A stretch of 64,000 bases of DNA from an uncultured Anaerolineaceae bacterium. GTDB taxonomy: Bacteria > Chloroflexota > Anaerolineae > Anaerolineales > UBA11579. The notes under the pieces were generated by a model. The model ran no database searches. It was not told the origin of the DNA and saw only the letters and a program-made list of their open reading frames with translations. Position 1 is the stretch's first letter. Each line of letters opens with the position of its first letter. Shown in pieces: positions 57,315-64,000 of the stretch. A program made the position numbers and the translations under genes. The stretch covers positions 68,650-132,649 of the forward strand of contig CAZUTS010000004.1 in assembly GCA_964623375.1 (NCBI GenBank), given 5' to 3'.

Positions 57315-57824
57315 ATGGCACTAGCTGAAACCCAAATCAACGCTCAACCAATGGTTGAGCCGAAGATTGCGACACCCACTCTGACTGTTACCGTGGCTGC
57401 GGCAGATGCCGTGCGCGGTTTGATGACCCAACGCAACCTTGAGGACCACGCTCTGCGTGTGTTCGTTCAGGGTGGCGGTTGCAGCGGCTTCCAATATGGC
57501 ATGGCCCTGGAATCCACCGTGCGCGACAGCGACATGGTGTTTGACCAGCACGGTGTACGTGTGGTGGTGGACGAAGTCTCCATCGGTTACCTGCGCGGCG
57601 CCAACATTGACTACGTCAATGACGTGATGGCCAGCGGCTTCAAAATCGATAACCCCAACGCCAGCTCCGCCTGCGGCTGTGGAAACTCCTTCCGCACGGA
57701 TGGACAGGATGCCCCCGAACACCACGGCGCGTCTGGCTGTGGCTGCGGTGGCCACGACCACGCTGACGAGCACAGCCACGCCCAGGCAGAGTCTGCCAGC
57801 TGTGGTTGCGGCTGCGGCCACTAA
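57315..57824 (+). CDS. Fe-S cluster assembly A-type carrier (IscA/HesB/ErpA family) with a 43-aa Cys/His-rich C-terminal extension
   Basis: GGGCSGFQY and terminal CGCGNSF signature, then RTDGQDAPEHHGASGCGCGGHDHADEHSHAQAESASCGCGCGH. AAGGAG SD. Confidence 0.88.
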   Translation: MALAETQINAQPMVEPKIATPTLTVTVAAADAVRGLMTQRNLEDHALRVFVQGGGCSGFQYGMALESTVRDSDMVFDQHGVRVVVDEVSIGYLRGANIDYVNDVMASGFKIDNPNASSACGCGNSFRTDGQDAPEHHGASGCGCGGHDHADEHSHAQAESASCGCGCGH

Positions 57825-57843
57825 GCCAAAAGGTAAATGTAAT

Positions 57844-57876
57844 AAAAAAAGGCTGCTCAGTGAGCAGCCTTTTTTT
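57844..57876. terminator. Bidirectional intrinsic terminator
   Basis: AAAAAAAGGCTGCTC-agt-GAGCAGCCTTTTTTT. Confidence 0.85.
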
Positions 57877-57878
57877 GT

Positions 57879-58223
57879 TTAGCTGGTTTTTGTTTGGCGG
57901 GTATTGCCCCACACGATGGTGCCGGTCAGCGCCGCAGTGAGCAGCACGAAGGCAAACAAGGCAATACGTAATGCCCCACCTGCCTCAGGATTGGTGAAAC
58001 CGTTCTGCCAGAGAAAGAACAGGTTGAGCGCCAGATAAATACCCAAGGAAACGAGCCCCGTGTAATTGGCCGAGGCGTTGTTAGGAGCGCGCAGCACCCA
58101 GAACACCATAATGAGACTGGCGGCAATACGCGTGCGTTCCAACTGACCAGTGCTGATATGCACAAGCATATCAACGAGTTGCAGCAAAATGATTGCGATG
58201 CCCAGAACTTTGTTTAGCTTCAT
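57879..58223 (-). CDS. Small integral membrane protein (4 TM)
   Basis: Hydrophobic 114-aa ORF, 18 nt downstream of the SH3 gene. Confidence 0.6.
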   Translation of the reverse strand: MKLNKVLGIAIILLQLVDMLVHISTGQLERTRIAASLIMVFWVLRAPNNASANYTGLVSLGIYLALNLFFLWQNGFTNPEAGGALRIALFAFVLLTAALTGTIVWGNTRQTKTS

Positions 58224-58241
58224 GCACCCTCTTTGCGCATA

Positions 58242-58865
58242 TTAGTGTTCGCGAACATAGCTGATGGCAGCAGCGAACAAGCCCATCAGGCCAATGCCAG
58301 TGATGATCATGCCCACCGGTACGCCACCCACGCGCCCTGTGCCGGCTTGCTCGAACTGCGGAATCTCCAAAGGCTCAGGCGGAGTGAAGGTGGGCATACG
58401 CGTAGCCGGAATCTCCAGCACGAACTGCGCCGCCAGCGTGGGGTCGATCGTTGGGGTCACGCGCGGCGTGGGGGTCGGCGGTGGTTCGATGATGACGAGC
58501 TGATCGGTGCCGAACAAGGACACCAGTGGCGCATACACCCAGGCCACACCCTCGGCCACGGCTGGATAAAAGACTTGAATCCACTCACCCGCCACAGAGC
58601 GACCCTTGGCAGCCACCTGCTCACCGCCCACCAGCACACCTACGGTTGGGTAGTCGGTGCCAGGGCCACTGCGCACGTTCACTTGCACATTCGAAGGGTC
58701 TACTATGATATAGGCGCCAACGGGCGTACCGGTAACCGTGGCAATGGATACGGTGGGCTGCTGCGCCAGCGGAGCCGCTTGGGCGGTGAGCGGAGAGAGC
58801 AACAGGCTAAACAGGCCAGCCAGCATAAGCGCACAACTGATGGACAATACACGAATCGTCTTCAT
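58242..58865 (-). CDS. Signal-peptide / C-terminal TM-anchored bacterial SH3 domain protein
   Basis: MKTIRVLSISCALMLAGLFSLLL signal-like N-terminus. SH3b-like VNVRSGPGTDYPTVGVL...GEWIQV. Pro/Thr linker and a C-terminal TM helix. Confidence 0.75.
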   Translation of the reverse strand: MKTIRVLSISCALMLAGLFSLLLSPLTAQAAPLAQQPTVSIATVTGTPVGAYIIVDPSNVQVNVRSGPGTDYPTVGVLVGGEQVAAKGRSVAGEWIQVFYPAVAEGVAWVYAPLVSLFGTDQLVIIEPPPTPTPRVTPTIDPTLAAQFVLEIPATRMPTFTPPEPLEIPQFEQAGTGRVGGVPVGMIITGIGLMGLFAAAISYVREH

Positions 58866-58877
58866 GGGAACGAAATG

Positions 58878-58885
58878 ATTATAAT
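58878..58885. promoter_or_regulatory. Palindromic ATTATAAT: shared -10 of divergent promoters
   Basis: The plus strand has TATAAT at 58880-58885, 20 nt before ATG 58906. The minus strand has TATAAT at 58883-58878, 12 nt before ATG 58865. Confidence 0.35.
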
Positions 58886-58905
58886 CACGCACACATAAGC
58901 CTACG

Positions 58906-59493
58906 ATGAAAACCAAAATTTATCACGGTGACCTGGATCCTGAAGAAATGGCCGTCACGCTGGCCAACTTCTTCAACCGCGGCGGGCTTGCGGCGCAATC
59001 CTCAGTGCGCGGCAAGACCGCCTATGTGAGCATTGCCACGCGCGAGAGTCGCAGCAGCGGCGGGCGCACCAGCCTGGCCGTGGCGCTGGCCAAGCGCGGT
59101 GAGCGTATCCAAGCCAGCGTGGGGGAGCAATCGGTGCTGGGGTTGGCGGGCAGCCTGAGCGCCAGCGCCCTGCTCACCTGGCTCAACCCGATGAACTTGC
59201 TCGGCCGGCTGGATGATATTGCCGCCGACATCGAGAACCTCTCGCTGGAGCAGCAGGTGTGGAAGCTGCTCGACCGCATGGCCGCTAACGGCGGCGCCAG
59301 CACGCAGTTGGCGCGCCGCCTGCAGCGCATGGCGTGCAGCTACTGCAACACAGCCAACGAAGTGGGCGCTGGCCGCTGCGTGGCCTGCGGCGCACCCATG
59401 GGCGATGTGCAGCCCAGCGGCTGCCCTAAGTGCGGCTTTGTGATTCTGGCGAAAGAAAAAGAATGCCCGAATTGCGGGCAAAAACTCAAGTAA
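58906..59493 (+). CDS. Hypothetical protein with a C-terminal double zinc ribbon
   Basis: CSYCNT...CVACG and CPKCG...CPNCG at the C-terminus. The N-terminal domain is not recognised. Confidence 0.65.
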   Translation: MKTKIYHGDLDPEEMAVTLANFFNRGGLAAQSSVRGKTAYVSIATRESRSSGGRTSLAVALAKRGERIQASVGEQSVLGLAGSLSASALLTWLNPMNLLGRLDDIAADIENLSLEQQVWKLLDRMAANGGASTQLARRLQRMACSYCNTANEVGAGRCVACGAPMGDVQPSGCPKCGFVILAKEKECPNCGQKLK

Positions 59494-59577
59494 TCAAAGC
59501 AATCGATTAATCAAATTGGTCGCTTGGTCAACTAGTCGTCGGGTCGACCAACTGACCAACAGACAGCGGCTGCTCAG

Positions 59578-60144
59578 TTAGCCAGATGTCTTGCGCTCAT
59601 AGAATACCAGCAACACATTGCCATACTTGCGCTGGTCAAACTCTTCTAAATTCTGCAATTCAACTGCTTCATATTCCGTGGGATCAATTTGCACGATGAC
59701 CCAGGCATCTTCGACTAGCCAGCCGGGGTTAGCGTCCAGCGCCAACAGCGCGCGCTTCCATAGGCCGTGATATTGCGGCGGAGCAATGAAGGCATAGTCA
59801 AACTGGCGATCAGGCTGCATGGCCAGATGCGCGAAGGCATCCGTCTGGCGCACCTCGCCGCGGGTCTGCATCTTGGTCAGAGTGAGATTGGCGTAAATGG
59901 TCTCCACTGCGGCACGGCTGTTATCCAACATGCGGGCGTAGCCAGCGCCCTGGCTGAGCGCCTCGATACCCACGGAGCCCGTACCGGCAAAGATGTCTAA
60001 GAAGGCTCCGCCGCCAAGGTCTGGGCGCAGGATGTTGAAGAGCGACTCTTTGGCACGGTCGGTGATCGGGCGCGTACCGTCGCCAGGCACCGATTTCAGG
60101 CGCACACCGCGGGCGGTGCCGGCAATGATGCGCGGCGCGCTCAT
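59578..60144 (-). CDS. rsmD: 16S rRNA (guanine966-N2)-methyltransferase
   Basis: RIIAGTARGVRLK...TRPITDRAKESLFNIL and SAM motif LDIFAGTGSVGIEA. Motif IV reads IAPPQY rather than DPP(F/Y). Confidence 0.85.
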   Translation of the reverse strand: MSAPRIIAGTARGVRLKSVPGDGTRPITDRAKESLFNILRPDLGGGAFLDIFAGTGSVGIEALSQGAGYARMLDNSRAAVETIYANLTLTKMQTRGEVRQTDAFAHLAMQPDRQFDYAFIAPPQYHGLWKRALLALDANPGWLVEDAWVIVQIDPTEYEAVELQNLEEFDQRKYGNVLLVFYERKTSG

Positions 60145-60666
60145 TTAGGAAGTGGCCTTGGGTTCTTTGCCGAAGAAGGAGCGCTCTTGCTTGGCCTGCT
60201 CCAGGCGATACTTCTGGCGCGCGGCGCCCTGCTCCATACGCTGGCGCTGGAAGTCATTCTCGGCTTCCAGAGGTGGCACGCGCACCGGCTTGCCTTCAGC
60301 ATCCAGCGCAACGTAGACCAGGTAGGCGGTGTTGGTGTGCCAGCTCTCGCCGGTGGTGGGGTCTTCGGCATGTACGGAGACTTCAGCCTCCATCGAGGTG
60401 CTGCCCACATAGCTGACCTCGGCATGGATGATGATGAGGTGACCGATGCGGATGGGATGCTGGAAGGTCATACGGTCCACCGCCACCGTCACCACGCGCT
60501 GGCGGCTGTGCTTCATGCAGGCCAGCGCACCGGCTTCATCCACCAGCTTCATGATGTGGCCACCATGCACGTTGCCGAGGATATTGGCATCGTCTGGCTG
60601 CATAAGCTGCGAGATGGTGACGCGCGAGGCGGAAACGGGTTGAGGGGACGTTTGAATCTTACCCAT
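60145..60666 (-). CDS. Acyl-CoA thioesterase (hotdog fold, YciA/BFIT-like)
   Basis: ANILGNVHGGHIMKLVDEAGALA motif. Its stop abuts the rsmD start. Confidence 0.85.
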   Translation of the reverse strand: MGKIQTSPQPVSASRVTISQLMQPDDANILGNVHGGHIMKLVDEAGALACMKHSRQRVVTVAVDRMTFQHPIRIGHLIIIHAEVSYVGSTSMEAEVSVHAEDPTTGESWHTNTAYLVYVALDAEGKPVRVPPLEAENDFQRQRMEQGAARQKYRLEQAKQERSFFGKEPKATS

Positions 60667-60672
60667 TGTTAG

Positions 60673-60680
60673 ATTATAGT
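60673..60680. promoter_or_regulatory. Overlapping divergent -10 boxes (minus TATAAT, plus TATAGT)
   Basis: The minus strand reads TATAAT (60678-60673)-CTAACA-ATG 60666, a leaderless thioesterase. The plus strand has TATAGT (60675-60680), 60 nt upstream of the DUF262-HNH start. Confidence 0.4.
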
Positions 60681-60740
60681 CGGCAAGAATCTGATTCGAC
60701 AGATTCGCTTGCTAGTGTGTTGCTAAGGAGGAAATTCAAA

Positions 60741-62162
60741 ATGGGATCGTTCAATCCAAAAACACAATACGAAATAATCCCAAAATCAATCTCGATTAAA
60801 GATTTTCATGATTACAAGGACGAGTACGTTACCCGTCCGCCATACCAACGCAAAAACGTTTGGTCGAGAAAAAAGCAACAAGACCTCCTTGACAGTTTAT
60901 TCAGACGCTTTTACGTGCCTAGAATAGTTGTTCGCGAAGTTCGCCTTGGTACAGACGAAACAATTAGTGAAGTAATCGATGGTCAGCAACGAATTGTTAC
61001 TGTTCAAAATTTCTTGGGCGACTTGCTGTCATTGCCAGATTCTCTAAGTGATGTAAGTCCCCAGTTAGCAGGAAGCAAGTATTCGGCCCTGTCCTCTGAA
61101 ATTCGGAGATTCATTGATAAAGAGCTTTTCTACACAGCTGACCTTATAAAGGGAATTGATGATCCCAAAAAGCCAGAACACCAGAAAATAGCAACCGAGA
61201 TTTTCTGGCGATTACAGCAGGGAGAGAGTCTCTCAAATATGGAGAAGGCCCATTCGCGACTTTCTAGTACTGCACGAAACTTTCTTGTTAAGTACGCGGA
61301 TGACCAGACCTTTGATTACGAGAAATATTCACCAATTGACGCGAATCCGAATAAAGCACCTTTTTTCAAGATAATCACGCGAAACAATAATCGAATGCAA
61401 CATCTTGCCATTTTGGCGCGGCTTACAATCACTGAAGAAAAATGGGAAGGCAACAATGGCCCAAGTGACATACAAGACCAGGAGATAATAGATTTTATTG
61501 ATCGCTACCAGAAAGATGATGGTATCGGAAACTATGAATTCGAAAATCTTCCCTTTGCAAAAAAGGTATTGGGACATCTGGCTCGTTTTTACAAAGTCTT
61601 TAAAAATGACCCAATGCTAGATGAGGAAAGCGGAGTAAAGGAATTAGGAGTTGAGTACTTCATCATTTCGATTTACTTGCTCCTAAGGCATCTGGAGACT
61701 TACTATGTGTTTACGGACAAAGAAGAGGAAATTTTTAGACACTTTGTCCTGAATTTCTATGCAAGGTGGAAATCCGATAACCACGAAGATGACACCGACA
61801 TTCTCATTTTCTCAGAAAACCGACAAATGAGCGCAAATGAAATTGCGTCTCGACACCGAATCTTGAGGCAAGCCTTTTTTGATTACTTAAGCAAGGAAGG
61901 GCATCAATTTGTAACTAAAGATGAGAGAAGAGCGTTTAATGAATCTGAGCGAATCCGGATTTATCGAAATGCAAATGGCCTGTGTAAACTCTGCCTTCAA
62001 GAAGGCAAAACCGAAATAGAAGCACGAGTTACTTGGTCTGACTATGATGCAGATCATGTCATACCGCACAGCCGCGGCGGGCAAACTTCGATTGACAACA
62101 GTCAATTGTTATGTCGAGTACACAACCAACGGAAAGGTAATAGGCTGGATACTGAGAGCTAG
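60741..62162 (+). CDS. DUF262 (ParB-like) - HNH endonuclease fusion protein, GmrSD-like type IV restriction/defence candidate
   Basis: RPPYQRKNVW and VIDGQQR (DUF262). C-terminal CKLC...DADHVIPHSRGG...NSQLLCRVHNQRKGN (HNH with CxxC/CxxH). AAGGAGG SD. 40% GC by hand count of lines 60781-60840 and 61381-61440. Confidence 0.88.
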   Translation: MGSFNPKTQYEIIPKSISIKDFHDYKDEYVTRPPYQRKNVWSRKKQQDLLDSLFRRFYVPRIVVREVRLGTDETISEVIDGQQRIVTVQNFLGDLLSLPDSLSDVSPQLAGSKYSALSSEIRRFIDKELFYTADLIKGIDDPKKPEHQKIATEIFWRLQQGESLSNMEKAHSRLSSTARNFLVKYADDQTFDYEKYSPIDANPNKAPFFKIITRNNNRMQHLAILARLTITEEKWEGNNGPSDIQDQEIIDFIDRYQKDDGIGNYEFENLPFAKKVLGHLARFYKVFKNDPMLDEESGVKELGVEYFIISIYLLLRHLETYYVFTDKEEEIFRHFVLNFYARWKSDNHEDDTDILIFSENRQMSANEIASRHRILRQAFFDYLSKEGHQFVTKDERRAFNESERIRIYRNANGLCKLCLQEGKTEIEARVTWSDYDADHVIPHSRGGQTSIDNSQLLCRVHNQRKGNRLDTES

Positions 62163-62183
62163 TAAGATTTCAATCTAAGACGA

Positions 62184-62189
62184 TACAAT
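62184..62189 (+). promoter_or_regulatory. -10 box (TACAAT) of a putative leaderless promoter
   Basis: TACAAT-TTCCCC-ATG (ATG 62196). No SD. Confidence 0.4.
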
Positions 62190-62195
62190 TTCCCC

Positions 62196-64000
62196 ATGTC
62201 CAGCGCCACCTACCCGCAATCATATAGCCCTGACCCGCCGCGCTTCGTAGCCCAGGCCGCCGCGGCGTTGACGGCAGCGGCCGCCCTGCTGGCGCTGGCC
62301 GCCTTCGTGTTCTCAGCGGTGTTCGGGGTAATGTACCTCGGCCGCGTGTACCCAGGGGTAACCGTGGGCGGCCTCGATATCGGCGGCATGCGCCGCACTG
62401 AGGCCATCGCCTATCTCAGCCAGCAGCTCACCTACCCGCTGGCCGGCCAAGTGACCTTGACGCATGGTGAGCAGAGCTGGACCTATAGCCCGGCACAGCT
62501 CGGCCTGATCCTGGACGCTGAGGCCAGCGCCGAGGCGGCCTACGGCTTTGGCCGCAGCTGGCTGCCGTGGGAGAACATCGCCGAGAAAGTTCAATCCCTG
62601 CGCGACGGAGCCGTGATTGCGCCGCGCCTCATCTTCAATGGCGACCAGGCGCAGGTAACACTGCACGGCCTGGCCAGCCAGTTCAACCGCCCCACCATCG
62701 AAGCGCAACTCAGCGTGAACGGGCTGGATGTGCAGGTGCAGCCCGGCCAGGTGGGCCTGACGCTGGACACCGAGCGTACCGCTGCCTTCCTGGCGGCTAC
62801 GCTGCTGGATATGCAAAACGTCACCGTACCGTTGGCCGTGGTGGAAAGCCCGCCGCGCATTCTGGATGCCAGCTCACAGGCTGAGATCGCGCGCAATATC
62901 CTCAGCCAGCCCCTCGTACTGTCGCCCGGCGGCGACTATGAGAAGAACCCCGGCCCGTGGACGCTGGAGCCGCAGCAGCTGGCCAGCATGCTCAGCATCG
63001 AGCGTGTCGAGAGCGCAGACGTGGCGCACTATCAAGTGGGCCTGCAGGCAGACAAGCTGGCGGCCATCCTGCTGCCGCTGACCGCAGACGTGGCCGCCAC
63101 GCCACGTAATGCGCGTTTCATCTTCAATGATGAGACGCGTGAGCTGGATATTTATAAATCGGCGATCATCGGCCGCCAGTTGCACATCCAAAATAGCATT
63201 GACCACATCAACGCCCAGCTTGCCGAGGGCGCGCACCAGATCGATCTGCAATACACCTACACTGAACCCACCGTGCTGGATAACGCCAAAGCAGCAGATC
63301 TCGAGCTGCGCGAACTGGTCGTCGAAGCTACCACCTACTTCTACGGCTCCAGCCCAGAGCGCATCCAGAACATCGCCACCGCCGCCGAGCGCTTCCACGG
63401 CCTGCTGGTGCCGCCCGGTGCAATCTTCTCGATGGTCGAGAACATCGGTGACATCAGCCTCGATTCCGGCTTCGCTGAGGCGCTCATCATCTTCGGTGGG
63501 CGCACCATTCAAGGTGTGGGCGGCGGCGTGTGCCAGGTGAGCACCACCCTGTTCCGCGCCGTTTTCTTTGGCGGCTTCCCCATCGTCGAGCGCTGGGCTC
63601 ACGCCTACCGCGTGAGTTATTACGAATACAATGCCGCCGTGCAGCGTGACCCGCGCATGGTGGGCCTGGATGCCACGGTGTACGCGCCGGTGGTTGATTT
63701 CAAGTTCCAGAACGACACCGAAAACTGGCTGTTGATGGAAACCTACGTCAACCCAACGGCGCGCACCATCACCTGGAAGTTCTACTCCACCTCAGATGGC
63801 CGCAGCGTTGAGTGGGATACCACTGGCCCGCGCGATGTGGTGCCGGCGCTGGACGACCAGTACGAAGAGAATCCGGATTTTGCTCTGGGACAGATTAAGC
63901 AAGTAGACTATGCTGCTGAAGGCGCTACTGTACGCGTAACGCGCACGGTGTACCGCAATGGCGAGATTATCAATGAAGATGTCATCACAACCAAGTACCA
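62196..64000 (+). CDS. VanW-family protein, 3'-truncated by the window edge
   Basis: The frame is open to nt 64000, so it is absent from the ORF track. N-terminal TM helix. VanW core FHGLLVPPGAIFSMVENIG...GGGVCQVSTTLFRAVFFGGFPIVER. Confidence 0.85.
   Translation, partial: MSSATYPQSYSPDPPRFVAQAAAALTAAAALLALAAFVFSAVFGVMYLGRVYPGVTVGGLDIGGMRRTEAIAYLSQQLTYPLAGQVTLTHGEQSWTYSPAQLGLILDAEASAEAAYGFGRSWLPWENIAEKVQSLRDGAVIAPRLIFNGDQAQVTLHGLASQFNRPTIEAQLSVNGLDVQVQPGQVGLTLDTERTAAFLAATLLDMQNVTVPLAVVESPPRILDASSQAEIARNILSQPLVLSPGGDYEKNPGPWTLEPQQLASMLSIERVESADVAHYQVGLQADKLAAILLPLTADVAATPRNARFIFNDETRELDIYKSAIIGRQLHIQNSIDHINAQLAEGAHQIDLQYTYTEPTVLDNAKAADLELRELVVEATTYFYGSSPERIQNIATAAERFHGLLVPPGAIFSMVENIGDISLDSGFAEALIIFGGRTIQGVGGGVCQVSTTLFRAVFFGGFPIVERWAHAYRVSYYEYNAAVQRDPRMVGLDATVYAPVVDFKFQNDTENWLLMETYVNPTARTITWKFYSTSDGRSVEWDTTGPRDVVPALDDQYEENPDFALGQIKQVDYAAEGATVRVTRTVYRNGEIINEDVITTKY

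Noticed and set aside
59578-60144. RsmD motif IV reads IAPPQY instead of the D/N-PP-F/Y I remember.
   Set aside because: This rests on my recollection of the consensus and on a single substitution and insertion. I cannot judge its significance without an alignment of orthologs.
60652-62173. An inverted repeat flanking the low-GC island: TTGAATCTTAC at 60652-60662 versus GTAAGATTTCAA at 62162-62173.
   Set aside because: It is only 11 nt with a 1-nt indel. The left copy lies inside the thioesterase coding sequence. This could easily be chance, and I found no target-site duplication.

Overview
64-kb, gene-dense, high-GC bacterial chromosomal segment. Hand counts of typical 60-nt lines give about 60-73% GC. 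I call about 62 protein genes and one tRNA (tRNA-His, anticodon GTG). I see no rRNA, CRISPR array, integrase, transposase or phage structural gene. Most content is housekeeping: DNA repair (dinB, xth, Ku-LigD, tatD), translation (hisS, tRNA-His, mnmA plus a cysteine desulfurase, trmI, rsmD, rplY/ctc, smpB), rpoD, a pentose-phosphate cluster (zwf, gnd, tal, tkt) with glk and a phosphohexomutase, and assorted oxidoreductases. Non-coding DNA holds three families of short palindromic repeats that nest in each other and twice supply gene stop codons. At 11 genes a -10-like hexamer lies 5-7 nt before the start codon with no Shine-Dalgarno, which suggests widespread leaderless mRNAs. The best candidates for something undescribed are four. 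(i) An 8.4-kb coupled module: a small 2-TM protein, a 1702-aa all-TPR protein, and a 985-aa TPR protein ending in a gingipain/C25-like clan-CD protease domain (45479-53895). (ii) A 40%-GC single-gene island encoding a DUF262-HNH nuclease (60741-62162). (iii) dinB coupled to an uncharacterised nuclease-like ORF. (iv) An orphan histidine ammonia-lyase coupled to two tandem paralogous membrane proteins. All functional calls come from motif recognition by eye. No database search, HMM scan or folding program was run. The lineage is not determinable from this window alone; a Chloroflexota-like organism is only a guess.
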